Origin: Chiloscyllium plagiosum | Lineage: Eukaryota | NCBI RefSeq assembly: GCF_004010195.1 | Contig: NC_057718.1 | Coordinates: forward strand, 56,056,603 to 56,120,602 | Length of the DNA stretch: 64,000 bases | Direction: 5' to 3' | In this document: positions 49,895 to 62,810 of the stretch, piece by piece | How positions within the stretch are numbered: position 1 is the first letter of the stretch | Layout of the letters: every line of letters begins with the position of its first letter | Translations under genes and position numbers: made by a program | The notes under the pieces: generated by a model | Seen by the model: the letters and a program-made list of their open reading frames with translations, nothing else | Told to the model about the DNA's origin: nothing | Databases searched by the model: none

Positions 49895-52800
49895 TCACAT
49901 TTTTGGATCATTGGAATCTCATTTGGGGTAGAAGTGACCTGTACAAGAAGGACGGTTTGCACCTTAATTGGAAGGGGACTAATAAACCGGCAGGGAAATT
50001 TGCTGGAGGATTTAAACTAGTAAGGTGGGGGAGTGGGACCCAAGGAGATAGTGAGGAAATAGATAAATCTGAGACTGGTACAGTTGAGAACAGAAGCGAG
50101 TCAAACAATCAAGGCAGGCAGGGACAAGGTAGGACTAATAAATTAAACTGCATTTATTTCAATGCAAGAGGCCTAACAGGGAAGGCAAGTGTACTCGGGG
50201 CATGGTTAGGAACATGGGACAGGGATATCATAGCAATTATGGAAACATGGCTCAGGGTTGGGCAGCTTAATGTTCCAGGATACAAATGCTACATGAAGGA
50301 TAGAAAGGGAGGCAAGAGAGGAGGGGGAGTGATAACATTACAGCTGTGCTGAGGGAGGATTTTCCCAGAAATATATCCAGGCAAGTTATTTGGGTGGAAC
50401 TGAGAAATAAGAAAGGGATGATCATCTTATTGGGATCGTATTATAGACCCCCCAACAGTCAGAGGGAAATTGAGAAACAAACTTGTAAGGAGATCTCAGC
50501 TATCTCTGAGAATAATAGAGTGGTTATGATAGGGGATTTTAACTTTCCAAACATAGACTGGGACTGCCATAGTGTTAAGGGTTTAGATGGAGAGGAATTT
50601 GTTAAGTGTGTACAAGACACTTTTCTGATTCAGTATGTGGATGTACCTACCAGAGAAGGTGCAAAACTAGACCTACTCTTGGGAAATAAGGCAGGGCAGG
50701 TGATGGAGACGAAAGTGAGGGAGCACTTTGGGCCAGCGACCACAATTCTATTAGATTTAAAATAATGATGGAAAAGGATAGACCAGATATAAAAGTTGGA
50801 AGTTCTAAATTGGAGAAAGGACAATTTTGACGGTATTAGGCAAGAACTTTAGAAAGTAGGGACAGATATTCTCAGGTAAAGGGATTGTTGGAAAATGGTA
50901 AGCCTTCAGAAATGAGATAACAAGAATCCAGAGAAAGCATATTCCTGTTGGGGTGAAAAAGGCTGGTAGGTATAGGGTATGCTGGATGACTAAAGAAATT
51001 GAGGGTTTGGTTAAGAAAAAGAAGGAAGCACATGTCAGGTATAGACAGGATAGATCGAGTGAATCCTTAGAAAAGTATAAAGGAAGTAGGAATATACTTG
51101 AGAGAAATCAGGAGTGCAACAAAGGGGACAGGAGATAGCTTTGGCAAATAGAATTAAAGGAGAATCCAAAGAGTTTTTACAAATACATTAAAGGACAAAA
51201 GAGTAACTAGGGAGAGTATAGGGCCCTCAAAGATCAGCAAGGCAGCCTTTTCGTGGAGCTGCAGAAAATGGCCGAGATACTAAATGAGTATTTTGCATCA
51301 GTATTAACTGTGGAAAAGGATATGCAAGATATAGGCCGTAGGGAAATAAGATGGTGACACCTTGCAAAATGTCCATATTACAGAGGAAGAAGTGCTGGAT
51401 GTCTTGAAACGGTTAAAGGTGCATAAATCCCTTGCACCTGATCAGGTATACCCTAGAACTCTGTGGGAAGCAAGAGAAGTGATTGCTGGGCCTCTTGCTG
51501 AGATATTTGTATCATCGATAGTCACAGGTGAGGTGCCGGAAGACTGGAGGTTGGCTAACGTGGTGCCACTGTTTAAGAAGGGTGGTACGGTCAAGCCAGG
51601 GAACTATAGACCAGTGAGCCTGACGTTGGTGGTGGGCAAGTTGTTGGAGGGAATCCTGAGGGACAGGATGTACATGTATTTGGAAAGGCAAGGACTGATT
51701 AGGGATAGTCAACATGGATTTGTGCGTGGGAAATCATGTCTCACAAACTTGATTGAGTTTTTTGAGGAAGTAACAAAAAGGATTGAAGAAGGCAGAGCGG
51801 TAGAAGTGACTATATGGACTTCAGTAAGGCGTTCGACAAGGTTCTCCATGGGAGACTGATTAGCAAGGTTAGATCTCATGGAATACAGGGAGAACTAGCC
51901 ATTTGGATACAGAACTGGCCCAAAGTTAGAAGACAAAGTGGTGGTGGAGGGTTGTTTTTCAGACTGGAGGCCTGTGACCCAGTGGAGTGCCACAAGGATC
52001 TGTGCTGGCTCTACTTTTTGTTATTTACATAAATGATTTGGATGTGAACATAGTAAGTTTGCGGATGACACCAAAATTGGAGGTGTCGTGGAAAGCGGAG
52101 AGGGTTACCTCAGATTACAACAGGATCTTGACCAGATGGGCAATGGGCTGAGAAGTGGGAGATGGAGTTTAATTCAGATAAATGTGAAGCTGCATTTTGG
52201 GAAAACAAATCTTAGCAGGATTAGATTAGATTAGATTACAGTGTGGAAACAGACCCTTCGGCCCAACAAGGCCACACTGACCCGCCGAAGCGCAACCCCA
52301 CCCATACCCCTACATTTACCCCTTACCTAACACTACAGGCAATTTAGCATGGCCAATTCACCTGAGCTGCACATCTTTGGACTATGGGAGGAAACCGGAG
52401 CACATGGAGGAAACCCACGCAGACACGGGGAGAACGTGCAAACTCCACACAGTCAGTCGCCTGAGGCGGGAATTGAACCTGAGTCTCTGGTGCTGTCAGG
52501 CAGCAGTGCTAACCACTGTGCCACCGTGCTGCCCACAGGACTTATACACTTAATGGTAAGTGAACAAAGACCTTGGAGTGCAGGTTCATAGCTGCTTGAA
52601 AGTGGAGTCGCAGGTAGATAGAACAGTGAAGGAGGCGTTTGGTATGCTTTTCTTTATTGGTCAGAGCATTGAGTACAGGAGTTGGGAGGTCATGTTGCAA
52701 CTGTATAGGACATTGGTTAGGCCACTTGGAATATTGCATGCAATTCTAGTCTCCTTCCTATCGGAAAGATGTTGTGAAACTTGAAAGGGTTCAGAAAAGA

Positions 52801-53245
52801 TTTACAAGAATGTTTCCAGGGTTACAGGATGAACTATAGGGAGAGGCTGAACAGGCTGGGGCTGTTTTCCCTGAAGCGTCGGAGGCTGAAGGGTGACCTT
52901 ATAGAGATTTACAAAATTGAGGGGCATGGATAGGATAAATAGACAAAGTCTTTTCCCTGGGGTCAGGGAGTCCAGAATTAGAGGGCATAGGTTTAGGGTG
53001 AGAGGGGAAAGATATAAAAGAGACCTACGGGACAACTTTTTCACACAGAGGGTGGTACGTGTATGGAATGAGCTGCCAGAGGAATGGTGGAGGCTGTTAG
53101 TTACAATTGCAACATTTAAGAGTAAGGTTTTGGAGGGATATGGGCCGGGTGCTGGCAGGTGGGTCCAGATTGGTTTGGGATATCTGGTCGGCATGGACAA
53201 GTTTGACCGAAAGGTCTGTTTCCATGCTGTACATCTCTATGTCTC
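49895..53245 (+). mobile_element. CR1 LINE: end of ORF1 esterase plus nearly complete, disrupted ORF2 (APE endonuclease and RT)
   Basis: DGLHLNWKG; CIYFNARGL, YYRPP, GDFNFPNIDW, LDLLL; NYRPVSLT, QHGF, DFSKAFDKV, FADDTKI; short TAC duplication at the ends. Confidence 0.9.
52221..52535 (-). mobile_element. HE1-type V-SINE with CAGGA target duplication
   Basis: CAGGA at 52216-52220 and 52536-52540; (GATTA)n tail on the plus strand. Confidence 0.9.
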
Positions 53246-53880
53246 TACAGAGGAGCGAGCAGAAATCTAGATCCCAGAGTTGGAAGAGGAGTTTGTTTGA
53301 AATTATGGTGTTGAAGGTAAAGCTATAGTCATGAAGTAGGAGACTAATGTAGGTTCCCCTGAATGTGTGCAGGGACAGGGAGATGGTGTCTGCTGTGGAC
53401 CTGTTCTGGTAGGCAAAATGCAAGGAATCAGGCAATTTGGGAAGGTAGCATTGATGTGAACCACGACCAACCTCTCAAAGCACTTCATAATTATGGAGGT
53501 CAGAGCCCTGGGTGGTAGTTACTGAGGCACACTGTATGACTTACCTTTGGCGCAGAAACTTTGGTGATCTTCTTAAAACAGTTGGGGACTTCAGATCATA
53601 GTAAGGAGAGTTAAAGATGTCGGTCAGGTGGTCCACACAGGATCTGAGTGCACGGTCAGGGACTCCATTTCCATGGGATCTCCCTTAAAAAGTGACCAAT
53701 CTAATGTCTGCAGTGGTGACTGAGTGCACAGGTGCTTCAGAGGCTGATGGGATAGGTGTTATTGTTTCACTGCCCTTCTATTCAAGCTTAGTTTGGTATT
53801 GCATCTTGGCATTCAGTATGTCACCTGGATTAGAGTATATTAACTATAAGGAAAGTTTAGATAAACAGACTGTTTTTGCT

Positions 53881-54115
53881 AGTTAAAAATCACAACACCG
53901 CGTTATAATCCAAAGGTTTATTTGGAAGCACTAGCTTTCAGAGCACCACTCCTTCAGGTAGTTGTGGAGTAGGACCATAAGACACCGATCTTTTGCTATG
54001 AATGCTTTATCATGCAAAACAAAATATTGAACAAACCTGGATTGTTGTTAAGTCTTTCATCTTTCAGAATGGGTTACAGGTTTCGGTTAATTAATATGTA
54101 AATCCCAGAACTTCC
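53881..54115 (-). mobile_element. Penelope-like terminal fragment, same family as 11690-11988
   Basis: Shared AGTTAAAAATCA..TTTGGAAGCACTAGCTT..AATATGTAAATCCCAGAACTT. Confidence 0.65.
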
Positions 54116-57100
54116 CAGGGATTGCCTCTGGAAATCTAGTTGATATGTCCATTCTTGTTAATAAATATTTATTCCCACTTTGTTTGAGATAGGGGACCTA
54201 CACAATCAAGACTCTTGTGAAAAGGTTCCTCAAATGCTGGAATAGATATTAAAGGTGCAGGTTTTATTACTGCATGTTGTTTTCCCATTAGTTGACATGA
54301 ATGACACATCTGGCAAAACTCAACTACATCTTTGTGTAATCCAGGCCAGTAAAAATGTCTTTGTATTTTAGCCTGTGCTTAACTCAATCCTAAATGACCC
54401 GAGTGGTAACTCATGTGCCACTCGCAGCACCTTTCTATAGCCTACTGGCAAAACAATTTGGCGAATCTCTGCGCGTTTTTCATTAAGACATCATTTGTTA
54501 AGTAATAACACAGGGATGCATTCACTCTTCTTCGCTATATGTGCCTTTTGATACAACTGTTTTAACTTCTCATCTTTTGGCTTTAAGTGTAGCAGAGCTA
54601 AAGATACATAGTTGCTCCTGCTCTGTCCCACTTATATGATCAAAAAAAGTGTCTCAGACAAAGCTATATCAGCTTCCTTACCTGTGCCTTTTGATCTCTC
54701 CTACTTCAGCCTGTGGCTCTGTGATATTGTGACACCACAATCTGGGAAAATTCCTGAATAAAGATCCTGCATTTCTTCAGTTGCCTGCGTCTCCACTGGC
54801 TTTTCAACTAGAGTAGGCAGCAGTGAATCAGCAATAATCATTTGCGAGGTCAAGTTGTATTCCTGGAGCTAAGAGTTTGTCCAGTACTCCTACCATAAAT
54901 TCTCCACTCTTCTCTGGACTCTCTAGTCTCACTTTTCATCTCCCCATGAATTCCTGTTAACGGTACCTTTTCTGGCAATAGTCCCTCAGGAGTACACATC
55001 GCCTCATCCTTCAGCATTACAGACAGAGGATCCTGTGTCCCTTAATATTGTAACCTCTTTATCTGGTACGCCTGGCCTGAGAGAATAAACTTTACCCTTG
55101 CATGTATGTTTTTTAAGCAGATCTGATCATCGTGTATACTGAGGCAGTTGTCTAACTTCCCTTGTGCTTTTTGTTACTAGTCCAACAAAACTCCCAGGCT
55201 TGTCTGGTTTTCCTACGTCTGGCTTTCTCCTAGCCCACCACCACTCTGGTTTTGTGTGGCCCACTTTATCACAATGAAAACACGAGTTTTTTAAACTTGT
55301 TTGTCCCCCTCGAGAGCTTCTTTTTTACCCTATGGTAAGTTATCTCCACAGATCTACTTTTCCCTTTCCACATGAGGATTTCTCTTTGTCCAATTTCCAT
55401 CCCTCATAGACAAATTAATCCTGGAAGCCAAACGGTGTTTTATGGACCAGCTCAATCATCAGCCGCTTCAGCTGCTAACCTTGCCCTTTTAATTCTGCTT
55501 TCCACACGAGTTTGCACTACTTCAGTAGTGAATTTTTGAATGCCTCCCAAATAATTGCCTCTCTAAAGGCATCTTAGCTTCCTTTGATTTTTAAAGCTCT
55601 TTTCCATCTTTCGGAGTTACTCCATTTGATCCTTTCAAACTCAATGTTGGTTTGACCTGGGTCCCTCCTTCCTGAAATGCTTCTGGTACAAGCTCATATG
55701 CATTTAAAATAGCTTTATTCACATCCTCATAGTCCCTAGATCCCTCTGATAGTTCTGGATGTAGGTTTGCTCACTGAGCTGGAAGGTCCGTTTCTAGACG
55801 TTTTGTTACCCTACTAGGCAACATCTTCAGTGAGCCTCCAGGCAAAGCACTGATGATTTCTGCTTTCTATTTATATGTTTGGGTTTCTTTGGGTTGGTGA
55901 TGTCATTTCCGGTTTTTTTCCTCAGGGGATGGTAGATGGGGTCTAACCTGATGCGTTTGTTGATAGAGTTCCAGTTGGGATGCCATGCTTCTAGGAATTC
56001 TCATATGTGTCTCTGTTTGGCTTGCCCAAGGAGATGTGTGTTCCTAGTTGAAGTGATGTCCTTCCTCGTCTGCATGTACGGATACTAGTAAGAGAGGGTC
56101 ATGTCTTTTTGTGGCTAGTTGATGTTCATATATCCTATCATCCTAGATGCCTGGCATTCCAACTGGAACTCCATCAATAAACAGAGTTAGACCCCATTTA
56201 CCACCTCCTGAGAAAAAGAACCGGAAATAACACCACCAACCCAAAGAAACCCAAACATATAAATAGAAAGCAAAAATCATCAGCAGTGCTTCGCCCAGAG
56301 GCCCACTAAAGATGTTACCTAGTAGGGTGACCAAACATCTGGAAATGAACCTTCCAGTTCAGCAAGCAAATCTACATCCAGAACTTCAACCTCAGCTACA
56401 AATCTTCTCAAAATTTGTTCCCTCTGATAGTGATGCAAATTCCTCACTAGCCTTACTTACTTACCCCATATTGTCACTGGCCACTGCACTTGTTAGCCAC
56501 CTTTTCAAATGAGATGAAAAAGGCTTCCAACATCTTTCTCATCAAATTTAGGCAATGCTTGAACATACTTACAGTTTCTCACTACCTGGAGCTTGCTCCT
56601 CTTCTCTCTTCCTCATTAAGACTACCTTTAACCTTTTAAGCTGACTTTCCTTTCCAAGTGTCAGTTTTTGAAGTTCACAAGCTCTTTTTCTCTTCTGTTG
56701 CTCTCTTCCCTCTCTTCTGCTTTTAATTGTAACTCAAATTGTTCCATTTCTGCTGCCCTTTCCTTATCTCTTGTCTCTAACTCAAGCTGTTTCATTTGCA
56801 ATTAAATTCTTGCCATTTCTATAGATTCTGATGGTTTCTCTGGCAAGTTTAAATTCTGAGCTACTGCTGTCATTATCTCTCCTTTCCTCACAGAAGCAGA
56901 CAGATCCAATCCCAGCTGGTCTGCTAATTGCTGCAGCTTGGTCTTATTCACCTTTTGCAAAACTTCTGAAGTCACCACATCCACTTCCAGAAAGCTTTTG
57001 GCAACTGAAAGAGCCATTACTATTCCAAGCTTTGTCTACCCAACCAAACCAACACCCGAAATAAAGACACTAGCACCTACCCACTCACTGTTCAAAATCC

Positions 57101-57143
57101 CGCAAAGAGCCCCCAGTCTGTTATGGACTAAGCCAGACTACTG
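54116..57143 (-). mobile_element. Truncated Gmr1-type Ty3/Gypsy LTR retrotransposon (LTR tip, PBS, gag, protease, integrase; RT and RNase H absent)
   Basis: PBS TGGGGGCTCTTTGCGGGAT (57097-57115, tRNA-Pro-like); gag MALSVAKSFL from 57017; AILNAYELVPEA; CFHCDKVGH knuckle near 55243-55283; ILRDTGS near 55021-55054; FYWPGLHKDVVEFCQMCHSCQ and DCVGP..TRFPEAIP near 54120-54380. Confidence 0.85.
55753..56418. mobile_element. Penelope-like element with inverted 3' ends, inserted in the Gypsy gag, with a 12-bp TSD
   Basis: TCCCTCTGATAG at 55741-55752 and 56419-56430; FLEAWH..SINK..LDPIY on both strands; degenerate hammerheads at 55797-55832 (-) and 56304-56339 (+). Confidence 0.85.
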
Positions 57144-57759
57144 GCTACAGTTAACAAAAACTGATCACCTTAGTTCCAGGATATCACTGCAAAAGGTTGA
57201 GAAAGTATTTGACCAAAGAATCTTTGGCTACTTTAAACTACCTTCCCTTCAGCACAAGGTGAAGGCATTCAGCATGGAGTAGAGTACATGGTTTTCAACC
57301 ATTCTCCCATTCAAGTAACACCCTTTGACGGGAAACCATTGTTTGGAGTTAATCTTGTATCTGTGTACCCCATTTCCTCTTTCTTCTTCCACAAATGATT
57401 AAATGTGAAACAGTACAGTTCTCAATAAACCGGTTCTGGACATCCTAATTAAGCCCTCATACATTACCACTCACTAACCTGAAAAGTTTGAAAATTTAGC
57501 TTACAGCTGGCATCAGACTAATAGGCCAACAGGACAAGTATTTTTTGCAAGTTTGGAGGAAAGCTGATGAGCTTGCGTAGAAACAATTGGCAGGCACAAA
57601 CCAAAATCAACCTGGTGCAGTTCCGAAATAAATGGGAATAGAAATGCAATTCTGAAACTGCCAGCATAAAAATCCCAGAAACACAGGCAATATAAAACAT
57701 CAGCCACCAAATCTGAAGTCCAGAACATTAAACTTTCATACAAAAATTTAAGGTGCATG

Positions 57760-58409
57760 ACATCACAAAGCCGCTTTTTTTTCTGAAAGCTGTTTCTTTT
57801 CCCAAGGATATTGCATCCTTGGCTTTCTTTTCAAAGGGGTTGTAAACAAGTTCTGGTTCCCATTAGACTGGTTTGGTACAGAGATTAAAAGGTATTGAGA
57901 GGCCTTTTTGTTTATATGTAAACAGATGAGACTTCAGGCCAGAGTGGTCATGTTTTAGAAGTAACCTGTATGATGAAATGATCAGCTCTCTAGCTGAGCA
58001 GTTGAGTCCAGAACTAGTTACAACTTCAGCTGTGTGGACATATGCTGTGTCTCTCTCTCTCTCTCTTCTCCACCCCACCCTCTTCTGCCCTTCTAACTTC
58101 AACCTGTAAGCATTTGTTCCATTTTGACTGTTGTAGGGGGTTTGCATATTGGGACTGTTGTGTACATTTGGAACAGCATAATTAAGTCCAAATTGGATAG
58201 ACTGAGTTTTTTAGGGGTTGTTTTTTCTGTTTTGTGTTTAATTGTATAATTTTGTGAATAAATCTTTGCCTGTTTTAAAACCTGGTAGTCAACCTAGCTA
58301 ACCTACTCCAGGTAATTTTCACTGTACATCTACTGAAACAAGACTGCAAAGTTATGGCCTGGGCTGCCTGCTTAAGAATGTTCTCAGTGGTCTGGCCTAG
58401 TTCATAACA
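57760..58409 (+). repeat. LTR-like sequence related to the Gmr1 element, apparently plus-oriented
   Basis: CT-rich tract, AATAAA at about 58257, end GTCTGGCCTAGTTCATAACA is an imperfect inverted copy of 57119-57138; left boundary uncertain. Confidence 0.55.
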
Positions 58410-58799
58410 ATAAGGATAAACTACTGCATGCTTATGGACTAAATCCAAAAATGTGCAAATTAGGTGCACTGGCAATACTGAAATTATTCACAGCTTTCAG
58501 GGGTGTTAGGCTTGGTGGATTAGCCATGGTAAACATGGGATTACAGGGAAACTGTGTGTGCGTGCGTGTGTGTTTGTGTGCGCGCATGCGTGGGGGGGGG
58601 GGGGGGGGTTGGGTCTGGGTGGTGCAGATCCGATGGGCCAAATGGCCTCTTTCTCACTATATGATTGATTCATACAATGTATCGAATGTAGACAAGGATA
58701 ATCATTTAAAGCAGATTTTGTTCAAAAAAATTAACTGTTTAAAAAGTTTGAACTGAATCATGCAGTATTAAAATGGAGTACAAGTCCCCTTGACAAAGT

Positions 58800-59450
58800 T
58801 ACATTTGACAGAGACTGCATCAAGCAAATTAAAACTCAATGGGAATTGGGATAAGACCTGCTCATTGGTTGAAGTCATACCTAGCATAAAAGGAAGAATG
58901 TAGTCAATACTGGAGGTCAGTCATCCCAATCCTAGAACAGTTCTGAAGTATTATTACTGGACCCAAAATGTTAATTCTGCTTTCTCTCCATAGACACTGC
59001 CACACCTGTTGAGTTGTCCCAGCAATTTCTATTTTTATTTCTGATTTCCAGCATGGTTTTTCTGTTCAGCCCTAGGACATCTCTAGAAGAGTTTCTAGAT
59101 CCAACAATCTTCAGCTGCCTCTTAAGTAATCTTCCCTCAAAGTTAGAAGTGTTCACTGCACAAATCAATCAAGTTTCCTTAGACAAGATCTAGAAGGACA
59201 AAGGGATCAGATACATGGGAACATCACCACCTGCAAGCTCCCTTCCAAGTCACCATTCTGACTTGGAAATATATCACCATTCCTTAAATATTACATGGTC
59301 AAACTACTCAAACTCTGCCCAACAGCATTAAGGGTAAACCTACAGCGAATAGACTGCAGCAGTTCAAGATGACAGCTCACCTTCTCCAGTAACTAGGGAT
59401 GGGCAATAAATGTTGGCCCAGCCAATAACACCCATATCCCTTGAATGAAT
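58800..59450 (+). mobile_element. Degenerate CR1/L2-group LINE with a Penelope-like piece at about 58965-59055
   Basis: WLKSYLA..GGQSS, PTIFSCL; 3' tail GGGCAATAAATGTTGGCC...TGAATGAAT. Confidence 0.55.
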
Positions 59451-60339
59451 AATGCATCAAAGAATAAAGTAACATTTTTTGAATCGTGCTGAAACAGAAA
59501 GAAGTCAAGCTTACATAGACCACAGCACCTCTATTGTACAGTCATATAAGCACAGAAACAGACCCTTCAGTCCAACTCATCTATGCCAACTAGCTTTATC
59601 AAACCAAACTAGCCCTATTTGCATTTGGCCCAAATCACACTAAACCATTCCTATTCATGTAATTGTCCAAATGTCTTAATTTCAGATATTTCAGATTTCA
59701 TGGCTCGAAACTTACATTCAATTTCTAACTCACAGGCTTTGCATACATGCTTTGTTAAAGGATCAAAGCAAATTCATAGATTCGCTCTTCCTGACCAAAC
59801 ATTTTACAGCTTTTAAAAAAAAAATAAATTGAGCATAGAAAATGTGATGACCATCTTTTTTAAAAAATGATTTAACAGTTATACATATAGAGGTTGAAGC
59901 TTGAATTGCATTTGAAAATAGCGAGTTGCTATCAATGAACGGGTTGCCAACTGAATGAAAAAGGGCCCAGATTTCAGTTCACATTAAAGTTACGTTGGAT
60001 GCTCACCATATCCATAAAAGTCTAGTTACTGTGTGTACTAATGTTTGAACCCACTTCAGAGAGTTTGCACATAAACTAGATAATACAGGTACACAAAAAA
60101 AAACCCAATGTCGTTGCAGAGTTTGGCAATTTTTGGCAAAATAGACAAGTCCAGTAAGATGCAATGCCTAGTTACAACGTCCACATAGGATAGTTTTGAA
60201 AATGTTGGTTATGAACAATCTAGCTCATGGGCAGCCGAGTGAGTGAGTGAGTGAATGAATGAGTGAGTGCCTTTCAGAGCATGAACTGCCTCTTTTAGTA
60301 ATTTAGGTAGATATTAAAAATCGCATAGCATTATTAGAG

Positions 60340-61980
60340 TCAGAGGTCTACAGTACAGAAACTGGCCCTTCAGCCCATTGAGTCGACCGAGTCAAAAACA
60401 ATTACCTCTGTATTCTAATTCCAGTTTGTAACACCTGGTCCATATCTTTGTATGCCTTTACATCACAACTGCATATCTAAATATTTCTTAAATGTTATTA
60501 GGGTTTCTGCCTCTATCAGTCTTAAAAGCAGAGAGTTCCAGATTCCCACCACACTCCATAATCCTTTCTCTCCACCTCACACCTCCACTAAACTTCCTGC
60601 CCCTTACCTTAAGGTTAAATCTATGATGATAGTCATTGATCACTCCATCAAGGTTCTTTCCTATCTACCCATTCTATGTCCTTCAAAGTTTATACATCTC
60701 AGTCAGTCTGCTGTAAGGAAAACACCACCAATCTCTTTTCATAACTAAAACTCTCCAGCCCATGTATCATACTGGTAAATCACTTCTGTACACTCGTCAG
60801 TAGAGTGGATGGACTCCAGAATTGTACACAATATTCTAGCTGTCACCTAACCAAATTTTTCTTAGTTCCAGTATAATCTCCCGGTTCTTAAACTGTACGC
60901 CTCAGCTAATGAAGGCAAGTTTTTTGTTTTATTAACAATTATCTATTGTCTTACAACCTTAAAGGACCACAGGTCAAATATACCAATCTCCCTCTGATCC
61001 TCTTTTTCCCAGGGTCCCATAATTCATCAGCAAGGCTTTTGACAAGATTTCACGTGAAATGCCTTGCCCTCATTCATAAACCTGGTTAAAGTTTTGAAAA
61101 AATTCAAAGAAGTGGGCAGACATGACATCCCCCTTAACAAAATCATGCTGACTGTTCATGATTAATCCCTACCTCTTCAAGTAACAATTAATTCTATGTC
61201 TCAGGCCAGTCAGAAAAATGTTCTGTAGTTTCCTGGTTTATCCATCGCTTCTTTTTCGAATAACAGTACCACAATGGCTGTCTTCCTATCCTATGGAATT
61301 TTCCAGCCAGAGAGAAATTGAAAATTATTGCCAGTGCTGTTATTCGGTCCCTTGCCTCACTCAATAGCCTGGGATCCATTTCCTCTGGTCATGGAAATGT
61401 ATCTATTAAACCTGTCAGACCACTTAGAACCTCCTATCTATGCCAATTCCTTTAAGTATATCACAGTCCTTCACATCATCCTCTCACTGGCTGTTCTCCA
61501 CTCCTCTCACTCGACAATGTCAAATTGTTATTCAAAGGAGCAAGGAAACTACAGGCCAGTTGGTCTAACAACAACACTAATCATTTTGAACCCTATCGAC
61601 AGTCTCATCCACAAAACAGCACGGTGGTCAGTTAAGGGGCCCGACTCTTTCCCTAGCTATCCTTTTATCCTCAAAAAATTTGTAAACAACTTGAAATTTT
61701 CCTTTATTTTATCTACCATTATTCTTTCATGCCCCCCTTTTTGCTCCCTAATTTCCTTTTCATGTTTTCTCTTTCATATTCTATACGCCTTTAAGGCTTC
61801 AGCTGTTTTGAGCTCTTGGTATTAATCATAAGCCTCCATTCTTGCTCTTTATCCATTCCTTTTTACCCTTTGATATCCAGGGTTTACAGGATGGGTTGGT
61901 CCTATCCTTTGTCTTTATTGGAACACATTGGCCTGTACTTTATTACCTCTTGAGCACACTCCACTGCTCTGACAAAATTT
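60340..61980 (-). mobile_element. Highly degenerate CR1 LINE
   Basis: Minus-strand remnants MDPRLLSEAR, QHDFVKG, LEYCVQFWSP. Confidence 0.65.
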
Positions 61981-62639
61981 ACATAAAAGTTAAAAAGGAA
62001 CAACTCATTTACTTAATACCCATAAATAACATTTTTCTCCAAACACCCAAGAGAGTTCTGTATATTCAGTTCATTGTCCTGTACAGTCAGTCAGTCTACT
62101 TGTCAAGTGAACAGCATTGACAAACCACTTTAATTCACCAGTTGTAGCAGAACAGGTAAAATGAAATTTAACAATTAATTTGACCATTTAATAAAACTCA
62201 AGATATAAGAAATAAGTAAGAAATATGGAAGTTTTCTGACTCAAACATGAACCACAGCTGAGGCAGCTTAAAATTGTTCAAAACTTTATGGGCAATATGA
62301 ACCGGGATGAAAATCAGTGAGGAGGTACAGGGCAACAAGTGTTAATTTTTTATAGAATTAGAGCATGGAAGACGCCCTTATGTCCATTAAGTTCATGCTT
62401 GCCAATTAGTTACATGCCCATGTTCTTTCACTAGATCCTCGCATTTTTACTGCTGTCTAAATATGTTCATAATCTTATGTAATTACCTTTTGAAATTTAC
62501 TATTGACTCTACCACTTCTCATGTTTTGTTTACAAAAGAATCAGGAAGATGACAGGTTTATGCTGTCTGGCTACTAATCAAGTTGCCAGCACAAACAGTT
62601 ACACCTTTATTAAATCCTATTTAATTTACAAAAAAATAG

Positions 62640-62810
62640 GAGTCCATTAGCTCAGTTGACTGGATGGCTAATTTGCAATGGTGTTGCAGGGCACCACTAA
62701 CAGTGCGAGTTCAATTCCTGTACTGGCTGAGGCCCCTGTGAAGGTCCTGCCTCTCAACAACCCCTCGCTTGAGGTACGATGACCCTCAGTTTAAGCCACT
62801 ATCAGTCATC
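62640..62810 (+). mobile_element. Degenerate tRNA-derived SINE (family not assigned)
   Basis: A-box TAGCTCAGTTG and B-box GAGTTCAATTCC, followed by a non-tRNA body. Confidence 0.55.

Larger units (their letters stand above)
49100..53800 (-). mobile_element. Rex1/Babar-clade LINE remnant split by the CR1 at 49895-53245
   Basis: MKCFERLV, FAYQNRSTAD, FNTIISNKL..SLLC joins NWVLNF..NRLQSVRVG across the CR1. Confidence 0.75.

Noticed and set aside
57470..57760. Possible further RTN4 exon ending at CAG|GTTAGT (about 57478, minus)
   Set aside because: An in-frame TAA lies eight codons upstream in the phase needed to join the RHD, and there is no similarity to known RTN4 N-termini
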